64,000 bases of DNA, taken from the NCBI RefSeq assembly GCF_006345805.1, contig NC_043004.1:22568001-22632000 (forward strand), given 5' to 3'. This DNA is from Octopus sinensis (taxonomy: Eukaryota). Under the pieces are notes generated by a model. It made no database searches. It was not told the DNA's origin and saw only the letters and a list, made by a program, of their open reading frames with translations. The position numbers and the translations under genes were made by a program. Within the stretch, counting starts at the first letter, position 1; every line of letters begins with the position of its first letter. Of the stretch, positions 51,348 to 64,000 are shown piece by piece.

Positions 51348-51430
51348 GCAGCAGCAGCAGCAGCAGTAGCAGCAGCATTAGTCGTCGTCGTCGTCGTCAT
51401 CGTCGTCGTCGTCGTCGTAGTAGTAGTAGT
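51348..51430. repeat. (CAG)n-(GTC)n-(TAG)n compound microsatellite
   Basis: Direct reading of the sequence. Confidence 0.9.
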
Positions 51431-51724
51431 GTAACATCTGCGGCACAAAAGTTTGGTTGCATTTTGAGTAACTTGATCAGTAGGTGGGTCAATTAGTCTG
51501 TGTGCGCTCACGCGCGTGAGTGTGTCATTTTACCTACTGCGGCCGTTTTGATACAAACAATAACTTGACTCCCACGACACTGCATGATATAGTATCAAAT
51601 ATATCACACCTGATCAATGCTCGGCGACAGTTCTTGGGTAGCAGCTGTTAATTTAGACATACTTATCCCTAGAATGTATGAAAAATGGCTAATATTTCTT
51701 TCAGTCATTGCTTTTTTTTACATT

Positions 51725-51905
51725 TATTCAAACCCCAAGCAATCCCTCTCAACACAATACTGTCGTGCTCTCCCACTGCACCTGATCATGTTTAGAGATG
51801 CACATATTGTCAACCATTAAGGGACATGCTCAAGTGGTTAAAGTCAAGCAACCAACAAGCAAATCTGTGATATTCAGCAGAATATTTGCTATAAGGATAT
51901 TTCTG
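51725..51905 (-). mobile_element. Inverted fragment of the 31097-31802 repeat family
   Basis: AGAGATGCACATATTGTCAACCATTAAGGGACATGCTC is the reverse complement of ~31238-31277. Confidence 0.75.
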
Positions 51906-52194
51906 CTTCAGCAATTCAGTGCTGAATCTATCTGAAATGTAATGGAAAATAGGTCAGTTCGTAACATTGATGTTCTGGCGACAAAAGCAAAGTTTCAAAA
52001 GAATGATAGTCATTCATTTTGATTTCTAGATAAATGCAAACAGAAAATAACACTTACTGACCAAAGACAAAAATATAATATAAATTTTGTTCCACAATGC
52101 TATTCAAGGCATGGTGTGGCACTAAACAACAATAATATCTACTAATGGTGTTACTAGCATACAATATGATGTGAAAAGGCACAACCAAATAATT

Positions 52195-52400
52195 AGGGAG
52201 TTGGTTTCAGAATCATAAGATTAGGGGTTCGACTCATAGACTGGACGATGCGCTACGTCCTTAGGTAAACTACTTCATTTCATGTTGTTCACCTCTACTC
52301 AGCTGAAAACGAGTACGAGGTGCCTCTTTCTCTGTTGTCACACTCTTGGAGGTCTCCTGACATAAAGGTGGAAGTATCGTGGGAGTGTCTCTTGGCTCGT
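52195..52400 (+). mobile_element. CORE-type SINE, degenerate
   Basis: GGGGTTCGACTC B-box-like; CTTCATTTCATGTTGTTCACCTCTACTCAGCTGAAAACGAGT core. Confidence 0.55.
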
Positions 52401-52638
52401 GTGTACATAGGCATCTAAAATTATGACCCCAAACATAGTATATCTTACTACTTTTACTTCTTTTAATCGTTGGTCTTCGACAATGCTGGAAGTGTGTTGG
52501 TAGAACAAATCTCACCCTGTATTTATTGAAAGCTTGGTAGTTATTTAATAGGTCTGTTTAACTAAACCACTATGCCAACGCAAACAAACATGGTTTTTGT
52601 GGGGAATGATGTGAAACGCGAACACCCACACACACACG

Positions 52639-52686
<48 letters not shown>

Positions 52687-52819
52687 GACATAAATGCAAA
52701 ACAGGATGGAAACGAATAGTACTTGACTACAGAAGGTAAAGTAATATGCTTTTATTATGGCTGAAAACATCTTCACAAACTGTAACATAGATTTTCACTT
52801 TGTCGTGTGTCAGGCAGTG

Positions 52820-52854
<35 letters not shown>

Positions 52855-52923
52855 GCACACACACACCCATATATATATATATCATTTGAATTATCCGTAA
52901 TAAGATAATTCATTCATCTACTT

Positions 52924-52978
<55 letters not shown>

Positions 52979-53013
52979 GAGCTGACATATATATATATAT
53001 ATATATATATATA

Positions 53014-53190
53014 CAACGGTTTTCCTTACAACTTCTGCCAATCAGATTCATTAACATGGCATCATGTCATTAGTTGGCGTGAGTCTGTAGTAAAAGACAT
53101 GTGCTGTGCAGTGGAACTGAACCCAAAACCATGTGGCAACAAAAGGAGCTTCTAAGCAAAAAAAAAAAAAAAAAAAAACACGCCGGCACC
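53014..53190 (-). mobile_element. SINE family A 5' half with an A-run in the head
   Basis: GTGCAGTGGAACTGAACCCAAAACCATGTGG...CACGCCGGCACC. Confidence 0.6.
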
Positions 53191-54242
53191 TGTAGATATT
53201 TTCTACGTTTTTTTTATAACTGCCTGAGTCATACGTACTTCTTTCCTGCGGAAGTATGTTTCTGCTGATTTAGTGTGGACCAGCACGTGACTGATGTTCT
53301 AATATCAAGGGAAGAATAAAAAAACAAATTTCTATTTCCCACCCTTCATATAAAATTTTACAAGCAATTTAATTTAATATACTTTTTATGCACCATCATT
53401 CATATAATAAATAAAATTACTAAGTGCTTTCTTTGGTGTTAGAAAAAAAATGTACATGGTATAATTTCACATTGTTTTTAACAAAATGAACAAAAAATAG
53501 ATATCAAGTATGTAAAACAGTTATTTGACAAACACTTTAGTGCTTGTAAAACAAGCTAATCTCGTTCAAGTTTAACGTTTTTTTTTACTTAAGGATTTAA
53601 AACTCAGACGATTATAGGAAAAAATAATTAAGTGATAAATTGAAAGGAAAATAATTCGTGTGTGCGAGTAAGTGGAACAGATGACACAGATTTTGCTTCG
53701 GTTCAACACTCGGCTTTATATACAGGTTGTAATGTGTATCGTGATTTATGAATAAGTTTATTCAATGGCATAACTATCTATCTATCTATCTATCTATCCA
53801 ACTAATAATTATCTATATGTCTGTCTATCTGTGACTGTTTGTTTGTTTGTATACAAAGGGTCTCACAACAGACACACATTCAGACACAAACAATAAACAG
53901 AAGAGAATTGTATAGATATGTAGATTCAAATTAACATCTAACAATTCTTTGCGCATATCGTATTCAATACTACATTGTTAGATGAACGCACGCGCCCGCA
54001 CACACTCTTTCATATATAAGCACATGTATATACAACGTGTGCATGCATGTATGCATGTATATATATATATATATGCATAAATATACACATGCGCATATGA
54101 GTTTTTGTGGATGTGTTTATAGATATATAGATACACACACATAAATACAAACGCATTATGTTTGTTTCTATATAAGTGTCTCTCTATATATACATATGTT
54201 TGTATGTATAGAGTTGTATACATATTTATATATATGTAAATC

Positions 54243-54290
<48 letters not shown>

Positions 54291-54736
54291 TGTGTGTGTG
54301 TGTGTGTGTGTCTGTGTGTCTGTGTGTGTGTGTACATATATACATATGCACCTGTGCATGCAAGTATGTGTGAGAGCGCAAGAGTGTGAGAGAAAGGGAG
54401 CGTGTGTGAGCGAGTGAGTGACAGATAGATAGAGAGAGAGAGAGAGTTTAGCTTTTTTTCAGTAATAAAGATTTTAATGAAATGACAATTATATTTTTAC
54501 TATTGTTGTAGAAATATTTTGATTCCCTTCACAATTAACGCTACTTTTTCCTCCCATTCTGATATGCTAGAATAAACAAATCTAAGCATGAAATACAAGG
54601 GAAGGTTAAAAAACGGCTGTGGATCCACACTACAAGTGCATCAAGGAAGAGGAAGCAACATTCACCATCCTTGATAAAGAATTGGGGAGGAAAAGTACGT
54701 GCGTGCACACGTACAAGCTACAACACTAACTGAAAA

Positions 54737-54864
54737 CCATTAGCTTTGTTCCAAACCATATGGTTTCGGGCCGAGTCCCACTGCATGGAAATTTGAGCAA
54801 ATATCTTCTACTATAGCCTCAGACCGACCAATGCCTTGTGAGCGGTTGTGATAGAAGAAAACTG

Positions 54865-54916
<52 letters not shown>

Positions 54917-55184
54917 GTATGTATATGTGTGTGTGTTATGTCTGTGTATATGTGTATGTTTTATGTGTATATGTGTGTGTGTGTGTCTGTATCAGTGTTT
55001 TTCCCACACCACCGCATGACAACCCGTGTTGGTGTCTATATGTCGTCATAACTTAACAGTTAGGTCGAATCTTAACAAAAAATTAGTATTGAGATTGATT
55101 CATTCGATTAAGAATTCTCGAAGATGGAGCTCTAGCATGGCCGCAGTCGAAGGACTGAAATAAGTAAATGAAAAGATAAAAGAT
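54737..55184 (+). mobile_element. SINE family A copy
   Basis: Colinear with 22088; internal microsatellite ~110 bp. Confidence 0.8.
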
Positions 55185-55307
55185 ATGAAAGTTCTATTGT
55201 ACCTGACAAGCTTCACTAGTACTCTAATTTCCGTGCAAAACATGAGGTGATTTTGATGTCCTTCATTGTATTCATAATGACTTTAGAATTTTAGAGAGAA
55301 GAAATAT

Positions 55308-55790
55308 ACAAGTTGAGCACTGGGCTCGATGTCATCGACTTACCTTCTAAGAACTTGGTGGCTTTGTGCTAAAATTTGAAAACAATATTTCAAATTGGAG
55401 AGTAAGACAGTGAGATGGTAGAATTCATAGCACGCCTGACAAAACGCTTAGCGGCATTTCGTCCGTCTTTTTACTTTCTGGGTTCAAATTCCTACGAGGC
55501 CGACTCTGCCTTTCATATTTTCGGGTTCAATAAAATAAGTACCAGCTGAGTACCAGCCTCGAAAGTGCTGGTCTAGTGCTAAAATTTGAAACCGATATTT
55601 CAGATTGGAGAGGACGGCGTGCGGGAAGGCCGGGTAAAATGCTCAGTGAAATTTCATCCGTCTATATATCCTGGTTTCAAATTCCTCCAAGGTCTACTTT
55701 CATTTCAGGCTTTCGTAGTCAGTAAAATGATTAACAGTTGAACACCAGGGTGGATGTAATTGCTAGCCTTGTACTTAACCTTGAAATCAA
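55308..55790 (+). mobile_element. Tandem array of SINE family C copies (~210 bp period)
   Basis: Linkers at 55366-55402 and 55576-55612 differ at 3 of 37 nt; bodies carry GTTCAAATTCC-like boxes. Confidence 0.7.
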
Positions 55791-56221
55791 TATTTCTGAC
55801 AGGAAAACAGAATCAGTGAATGTATTTGGTTTGCAATATATGTTACCGTGTGAATATGCTACAGATTATTTCCGTGCAGTGATTTAGCACGGATTTTTCG
55901 TTAATGATTCATCTATACAGATTGTTTATTGATTTGAAGATCGCAAAATATACGTGTGTATGTATGAGTTGTATATATAGACAGATGTATAACCAGAGCG
56001 AGAGAGCAAAAACTTTGAAGTCACCTTCAATCTTTTCCTTGATAATCACGCACTCTACAAAAAAATATAAAGTATTCCTTCAGTGTAACCTGAAATTGTT
56101 CTTATGTATAACTTGGCATTATATCAAACATTATTGTATATACATTTATATCAATCGATCAATTTATGTATCTATATATTTATTTATCTATCTTCTATTC
56201 AGTGTATCTGTCTATCCACAT

Positions 56222-56325
<104 letters not shown>

Positions 56326-58650
56326 ACTCATACGTACATATGGACATACATATTTCTTGATATATGTATATATGTATAAACTAATTAACAAGTAGTAAAT
56401 CAAAGGTGCATTGCAGATTGAGCAGATGATGATTACATGGCATGTGTATGTTAGATTCCATTTAACAGATGAGATTTCGGTATGGCTGATTTCAAAATAT
56501 CTTTTTGAATATGGCTGAAAGCAAATGTATCGTTTTGAAAATTATCGAACTGTATGATGCTAAAAGCATTCGTCTCCGATATATTTATGCATTCATTCTT
56601 TCCATTCCTTAATCTATGTGCAAATATCGAATTACTGAACTATAGTGTTGCTTAAAGTTCTTAGAATGCCTATACTATAACGTCTATCTATGCATGGCGT
56701 CGTGCTTGTGTTAACGTATATGATTCTGTATGTTTATATATATATTAATATAAACTCACGCATACACACATACATACATGTGCGTGTGCTTACTTGTGTT
56801 TAGATGTGGATGTATGTGTATGTGCTTCTATGAGTGTGATGAGATCATGCATGTGATTCACTAAATGCATGTGTCCACGTAACCGATATTCAATAGTGTA
56901 CACCCCCAAGAGTTTTAAGTCATTTATCATCTCTGAAAAATGAGATATGCAATGACACGAAACTCTTCTTAGATCTATAGTCAAGAAGTGAAAAATGAAG
57001 ATGATGACCTCGGGAAATGTTTTTCATATTTTTCTTACATATGCGTTTTTTGATGCATAGTGCTGCTCCAGTTGCTTACAAAGCGTTAAAAACTAAATAA
57101 AAAAAATGACGGGTCCCTCTGCCAATAAAACTAAAAAAAAAAAATTACCGGCCGCTCCTATAGAAATGCAAACTTCTCTTTTAATATAAATCCCATTTCC
57201 ACCGTCTTTATACTCTACTCTTTTTCAATTAATATGAATGCTACTCTTCCAGTACAATATGCACAAACTCCTTTCGTTTAAAAATCATAAAATTATGGAG
57301 AATGCTAATTCTTAATAAATTATATACAACAATATTTATATATTATATCATGTTTAACAACGATATTTTTCTGGTATTTCCCTCAGTTAAGAATTATAAA
57401 TCATACGATGATTCTTCACACAATCGTAATACCACATTGGATTTGCATATCTCAGAAACTGATGGACAGCTGTCCCGAAATAGTATATACATCAGTCTAA
57501 AAGCATGTCTTGGTTTTTCGCCTCTACTAGTCTATCGTTCTCTATATTAGGGAAATGGCTGATAATAGCGTCTGTTCCATTGATTAAATCAAAGTGTATG
57601 AACCTAGGGATAAAGATAAGCTGGCCACCTTACATCGGTCAACATCATAATTAATAATTTATTTAACAAATAAAAGTTATATATGGTTCATTATACGATC
57701 CTTGCAAAGTAAGAGCGACCCCCTGTGCTTTTTGTGAAGATATTCATATGTTAGTCCATTTCACTCTAACATATTTCGGCTGCACTACGAGAAGATCATG
57801 GGCCAACCCTTCTCCTCCAATGCAAAAACATGTACCAGTAATGTATTGTGTTTTTCAAATTATCATTAGTCAAACTCATAATATTAAAATAGATTAAGGC
57901 TTCCGATTGGGGGAAAGTGTACAGCAAATTAAGTCAATCCTAGTAATTTAACAGTTTAACAGTTACGTTTATCGACTACACAATACTGAAATCAAATGGA
58001 TTTTGGTGGAACTTGAAATCAAAACGTGAAGGCTCACAAACTGAATACCACTGAGTATTCTAGCGATATTACTAACTCTTAATGTTGTAGACAATAAAAC
58101 CATTACTGTGTGATGGAATTATATTTGTGTCGCCAATAAATTTAGTTTTTCCATAGATATATGTAAATTTAAATAAATATCTTGGTAACAAAAATAAAGA
58201 TAACCATCACCGAATGGAGTGAATATACTGAATAAACTCTATGAAGAAGTGGAAACAATAGTTGAGTATTTCTTTTCCTATTTCATAAAAGTGTATGCGT
58301 GTGTATAAGTGTGTATGAAACAGTTTGATGTTCATATGAAATATAGAACGTTTCGGCAAAATACCCCGTGTATGACTGAATATATAAATACAAAATATAT
58401 AAGTAAATCACTAATATCAGTTTGAATGGAAAATGTGTTCAAATGTTTTAATGAAAAATAACATCAAAACTATATTGGTTTTTGTCAAGAAAATTTGCTC
58501 GTCGACCTTGTGGAAGCTCACGTGCTTTTGTAGTGAAAATTAGGGATTTTGTAGCTAATTGTATTGAAACAAGTTATTGATACGTCATAAGGTATTCCGG
58601 CAATATTCCGAATGACCATCTGCAATTGTTTTCATATATATATAGATATA

Positions 58651-58977
58651 TTATTCTTTTAATTGTTTCAATCATTTGACTGCGGCCGTGCTGGAGTACC
58701 GCCTTTAGTCGAGTAAATCAATTCCGGGACTTACTTTCGTAAGCCTAGTATTTATTCTATCGGTGTCTTTTGCCGAACCGCTAAGTTACGGGGTTGTAAA
58801 CGCATATATATATATAGGCGCGGGAGTGGCAGTGTGGTAAGTACCTTGCTTATCAACCGCATGGTTCCAGGTTCAGTCCCACTACATGACTCATTGGGTA
58901 AGTGTCTGCTACTATAGCCTCGGGGTTACCAAAGCCTTGTGAGAAGACTTGGTAGACGGAAACTGAAAGAATCCCGA

Positions 58978-59010
<33 letters not shown>

Positions 59011-59056
59011 ATGTTTGTGTATGTTTATGTGTTTGTCCCCACAACATCGCTTGACA
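58651..59056. mobile_element. SINE family A with 3' half on minus (58651-58804) and 5' half on plus (58817-59056)
   Basis: The two parts cover complementary, non-overlapping portions of the family consensus, with ~11 nt missing between them. Confidence 0.8.
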
Positions 59057-59654
59057 CAAATTTAGCCAAATTAAGGTTAAAGTAGAGAGGGCAAGGAGGT
59101 CATTAATGAAGTCACGAATTAATCATATTACGTAACCATATTTGTTGAAGTAGTTTGTATGAACCTAGAGACAAATACATTTGAGGGATAAGGACCGAGA
59201 TTTATTCATATTTTTAATATTTTAGCAACAACGCAAATAAGTTTTAAGCTAAATCAATAAAAAATATACTTTACAAGATCAGTTGATAAAAAATTTCTCT
59301 TGATAAGTAGATTTCTATATATTACGTAAACTGTGTTACAAAAACAAATATACATGTCCTGACAATGAGAACAATCAAACAGACAAATAGACAAACACAT
59401 TTAGATATGTACACATATACTCATAAACACACACATATGTGTATGTAAATATATGTAAGTACGTATATATATATATTAATGTAATATATACAAAGTTCCT
59501 AATGTTGATGGAGTTGTAGGAACAACGTGGTTAAAAACAACAAGGCATTGCTATTTTAAAACATGACAGTGTCCATCCCACTCTCTTGGCCGAGGATACT
59601 GCCCATTTATTCCGGAGAGAAAAAGTGTAAGACACATTGAGAAAGTGGTGGAAT

Positions 59655-59803
59655 GAACCCCGAGTATGGGACTGGTATCTTATTTATCAACCAGGACAGA
59701 AGGAAATGATAAGCTTATCTCGGTGTGCTTGAACACAGAATGCCGAATTAGAGCGAATACTAACAGAGAATTTATCCGATACATTCTAGATTCCGGCAAC
59801 TCG
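59655..59803 (-). mobile_element. SINE family C copy, degenerate
   Basis: ACTGGTATCTTATTTATC..AAGCTTATCTCGG..TTGAACACAGAA..CCGGCAACTCGC. Confidence 0.55.
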
Positions 59804-59881
59804 CTAAACTTCCATGCACACATACGTGCAGTCACAGACACATTTACACATACACACACGCATAAACATATATATACGCCA

Positions 59882-60072
59882 TGATAGATCGTTAGCCACT
59901 ACACACATTTTTGTCTCTCCTTGTTTCTCTCCTTGCTTTTTCTGCGTCCCTTTCTGTAGAAGAGCGTAGGCTCGAAACGTAAAAGACTTTTTTCTATTCC
60001 TGAGCGTTATACTAATATATCTGTTTGTTTTGTACACCACCTGTCTTCGTCTTTTGTTTTTTCGTAAACTCT

Positions 60073-60078
<6 letters not shown>
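59882..60078 (+). mobile_element. Repeat family D (Penelope-derived terminal-repeat-like) with hammerhead-like motif
   Basis: Motif at 59950-59985 reads CTTT-CTGTAGA-A-GAGC GTAG GCTC-GAAAC-GT-A-AAAG; the element ends in (TA)n. Confidence 0.72.
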
Positions 60079-60132
<54 letters not shown>

Positions 60133-60220
60133 ATTATATATATATATGTATATATATATATTTATATATATATGTATATATATACATATATATGTATGTA
60201 TGTATGTGTGTATGTGTACA

Positions 60221-60312
<92 letters not shown>

Positions 60313-60469
60313 GCGCCGGCGTTTATACATCCATATCTACTAACTGTTATATCTAATACTTTCTTCGCTGTATTGTGTATTTGTTTCTTTTTGCGTCTAA
60401 TATCTAGTACTGATCTTCTATAATAATGAAGTTGTATCCTTTAATGTGTTGCTTTTGTATACACACACC

Positions 60470-60650
60470 CAGAAGGAATCTTGCGGAAAACACATTATTT
60501 CAACGAGATACATCTTGTAATCACCTGAGCAGACACATCTACACTCACGGATGAACCTAGATCAGTTATGTCTTCTCGACCCGTGAGGAATCGATGCTAG
60601 AGGCATCGAAACAATTGTAGTGATCAATAAACATTCTCGTATCTTCCATC
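60470..60650 (+). mobile_element. Probable Penelope-like 3' end remnant with decayed hammerhead-like motif
   Basis: F(Q)RDTSCNHLSRHIY resembles the NRD..Y.LS..Y end of PLE endonucleases; it is followed by TGAGGA..GATGC TAGAG GCATC GAAAC AATT GTA GTGATC AATAAA (60578-60631). Confidence 0.4.
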
Positions 60651-61454
60651 ATGTATGTATGCATGAATTACATATATATTAAAGATACATATCCTTGAAT
60701 TCACGAGATACTGCATATATACGTGTATTCAATCCTTAAATATTTTTTGCTGATGTATAGAGGAAGGGATGTTAACAATCAGTAGTTGTTGAAAGGAGAA
60801 GAAACATCAAATTATTGTCGATTTTTGCTATTTCAGTTTTCCAGCATATCTCCATGTTTCTAAGAGGTATGTTACGCAATTCAAACTTTCGTGTTTCTTT
60901 GATATATTCTTCAATAACCCCGCGGGTGTCACCACTGCGATAAACAAATAAAAGTGAGGATGAAATATTGAAATGGAAATTTTAAAAAAAAGGGAAATAT
61001 TGAAGCATATCTACATAGTTTCGATGTTTAAAAACTATTGAATCGAATGTTCTAGATGAATACTTTCTTCATATTAAAACAAAACATAATGAGAATATAT
61101 GCATTTTTTTTATCTACATGCTTGAAATGTCGAATTGAATTGGAGTGAGCGTTTTGAGACTATTAATCTGAATTATGTAAGCGATGTTTGTCCCTTCGTA
61201 ATGCTGGAATACACGCAATGTAATATAATTAAAATCCTTCCATTCCAAAATGTATATATATATATTCTCAATTCTTTTGTTACCAGCGAGGAAATTCTGA
61301 GTTGAAAATCCTCTCGTAAAACTGAAACTACAACTCTAATATTTTTTATGATGGCTTCACATAACAAGGGAACTGCATTTCCATATTACTCTACCACAGG
61401 AAAGAATGTAGGATTTGAATGAATAAAGATCTTGATTAAAAGTTAGTTCATAAG

Positions 61455-61625
61455 CGATGGTGTGGTTGTGTAGCAGGAACTCTGCTTCCTACCCCTGTGT
61501 TTCTGAGTTCGTACGTAGAACCTAGGTCGCGTGTCTTCTACTAAAGCGTTGAGCCGACCAAAGCCCTATGAGTGGAATTGATGCATGGCAAATGAAAGGA
61601 GACTGTCATGTGGGTACACACATAC
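61455..61625 (+). mobile_element. SINE family A 5' half, degenerate
   Basis: GTGTCTTCTACTAAAGC..GCCGACCAAAGCCCTATGAGTGGA. Confidence 0.6.
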
Positions 61626-62039
61626 AAACACACACACACATATGTAAATATACATAAGAAATTAAATAAGGAAAATGCACACATTTTACATAGTTTTAAT
61701 ATATTTCAAAATATATTTTATATCGTGTTTGTCGACCGGTTTAGCTGTCGCTCATCATGACATTAAAATAATTTAATTACGTATTTGATTTAGAAAAATT
61801 AGTTTGTCTTTGTGCGTGAAGTTTATGAATGAATGATTCAACAAGTATAAAAATCTAAGAGGAGGCAATTGGTGATTGTTATTATTGTGGGCAGGGGATA
61901 TGGTTGTTCATCTTTCAGTGGTGGTGGTGGGAATATATATTTACACAAAAATTCAAAAGCAAGAGTAATGTGGAGAAATATGTACAGTGGTAGGTAGCTA
62001 ATCCTGAATAAAAATATGTATAAAGATCAAAGCTGGTTA

Positions 62040-62750
62040 TGTGTGCATATTTAGACGTGTTCTGTATTTTTCGTTGAATAATGTTTCTTTATGTAAACGA
62101 AAAAGATCAAAATAAATATTCCCTTCAATTTGGCAAAAATGATTTACACAATAGTGTATAAGAACTACTTGGGACCCGCGTCTCCAAGTACTCAGAACAA
62201 CACTAACCGAAAGACAGTATCCACTCTCACTTATAGACGATGGAATTAAGCGTGCCAAAAAATTAGACATAAAAACACTGAGGACAACAAAACATAACAC
62301 CACACTTCATCTCAAAACACTACTGTATATATCAACTTACAACCCTAGAAACAATCAGGCATACAAAACTACTGTGTACAATCTTCCTTTACTAACTAGA
62401 GACCCAAAAATGAACAACATCCTGAAAAGGCATAAATTCATCAAATGCTAAAAGCAACACAAAGAGACTCCTGACAAAGGCGAAGCATTACACAACCACC
62501 ACGAAACCAACGGTTAAAAAATGTAGACGCCCAAACTGTGGAACATGCCCCAATCTACTTGAAGGCTCGGATTTTCTTTTCAAACAAGGAGAGAGATTAA
62601 CAATAAAAACCAGCTTCATTTGTGTCTCTGAGAATCTAATTTATGGAGTAACTTGCTCGGGTTGTGAACACAAATACAAAGGACAAATGAGTATGACGTT
62701 GAGATGGAGAACCACTCTACATAATGAGCAGATCTGTTCCCGCAATACAG
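62040..62750 (+). pseudogene. Penelope-like element remnant: RT C-terminal region, Cys-rich linker and GIY-YIG endonuclease
   Basis: QYPLSLIDDGIKRAK..., then LLTKAK..KCRRPNCGTC (62522-) ..FICVSENLIY (62633-62644) GVTCSGC..YKG (62675-62683) Q..TLRWR..LH..QI. Confidence 0.8.
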
Positions 62751-63396
62751 AGGGATTACTTTAATTTAACAGAGAGAGAGGGAGAGAGAGAGAGAGAGAT
62801 GTGCAGGTAACATCAAACTAAATTTCACAGTTTTCTACTTCTACCAGCGCAAAGATATAATTTCTACACAAGAACGTTTAAATGAAGAAAATGTATTGAC
62901 CGAAAAATACAGAACACAACTAAATATGCACGCATAACCAACTTTGATCTCTATACATATTTTAATTCACGATTACATACCGTATATATTTCTACACCTA
63001 CTCTAGCTTTTGAATGTTTGTGTATTTATATCCCCCCTACCGAAGATGAGCAATTATTTTCCCTGTTCACAACCATAACGGCCACCAATTACCTCCCCTT
63101 CAATTTTTACACTTGTTAAATCATTCATTCATTAGCTCCACATGCTGCATGTAGAAACAAATTTATCATAATAGAATACGTAATTAAAATGATTTTAATG
63201 TCATGATTAGCGAAAGCGAAACTGGTCGACAAACAATATAAAATATATTAAAAAATATATTAAAATTATGTAAAGTGTGTGCATCTTCCTTCTTTAATGT
63301 TTTTATATATATTATAACTAACCACGTGGGGATAATCAAAACTCCTCCCTTTCTGTTACTACAGATATATATGTGTGTTTTTGTGTGTGTGCGAAT

Positions 63397-63435
<39 letters not shown>

Positions 63436-63498
63436 TATATATATATACATATATATATATATACACACGCACACATATATATATATATAAATACATAT

Positions 63499-63589
<91 letters not shown>

Positions 63590-63669
63590 GATTCAGTTGA
63601 ATTAGGTACTTTAACTGAGGCACCAACCTAGTTCGGTATAGTCCACACAGCTCCAAGTGAGATGAAAAT

Positions 63670-63912
63670 AATGTAAGTGTGTGTGTATGCTTGTGTAAGT
63701 GTTTGTGTGTGTATCTTTGTGTTTGTAGATATTCCTCGCCACTGCATGACAACCGGGGCTGGTTCGCTTATGTCCCCGTCTCGAAATACTTCGCCGAAAA
63801 GTAATTAAGTGGTTGGGGTTAATTTATTCGAAAAAAACTTCTAAAGTGGTACTTCAGCAGCGCCGTAATCTAATGACTGAAACAAGTAAAAGTTAAATGA
63901 TAAAAGATAAAA
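63670..63912 (+). mobile_element. SINE family A 3' half, degenerate
   Basis: ATGACAACCGGGGCTGG..TATGTCCCCGT..AATGACTGAAACAAGTAAAAG tail. Confidence 0.65.
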
Positions 63913-64000
63913 TATAACGGAAACATAATAGAGTTTAATATTCGTCAATCATTCTATTAGGACTCTTATAATTTTGGTATATTTGAATCATCTCTAAAGA

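Noticed and set aside
39231-55790. Regularly spaced repeats suggestive of a CRISPR-like array
   Set aside because: Eukaryotic context; the units are SINE copies and there are no unique spacers between identical repeats.

Overview
AT-rich, microsatellite-dense animal genomic DNA, most likely from an Octopus species (inferred from the tRNA-derived SINE families and repeat landscape, not database-checked). There is one clear host coding exon: the first coding exon (13903-14617, +) of a natriuretic-peptide-receptor-family protein, with a signal peptide and the N-terminal ANF-receptor ligand-binding domain. It ends at a phase-1 GT donor. I could not find exon 2, so the remaining ~49 kb appears to be intron. 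The rest of the window is transposon debris and simple repeats: at least four SINE families, R4/Dong-, RTE- and Tx1/L1-type LINE remnants, a Penelope-like GIY-YIG remnant, Tc1/mariner remnants and MITE-like hairpins. Almost all ORFs in the supplied track are microsatellite artefacts. I found no convincing new multi-gene system. The most interesting signals are structural. (i) Four minimal hammerhead-ribozyme-like motifs from three families, all with altered cores; one family has the same non-canonical core base in both copies. (ii) A ~380 bp fold-back hairpin inside the intron. (iii) A SINE whose 5' half is inverted in twin-priming geometry. (iv) A perfect 40 bp palindrome at a repeat/Tc1 junction. 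(v) LINEs sitting in specific microsatellites, including an RTE with three C-terminal zinc fingers. All identities and alignments are by eye.
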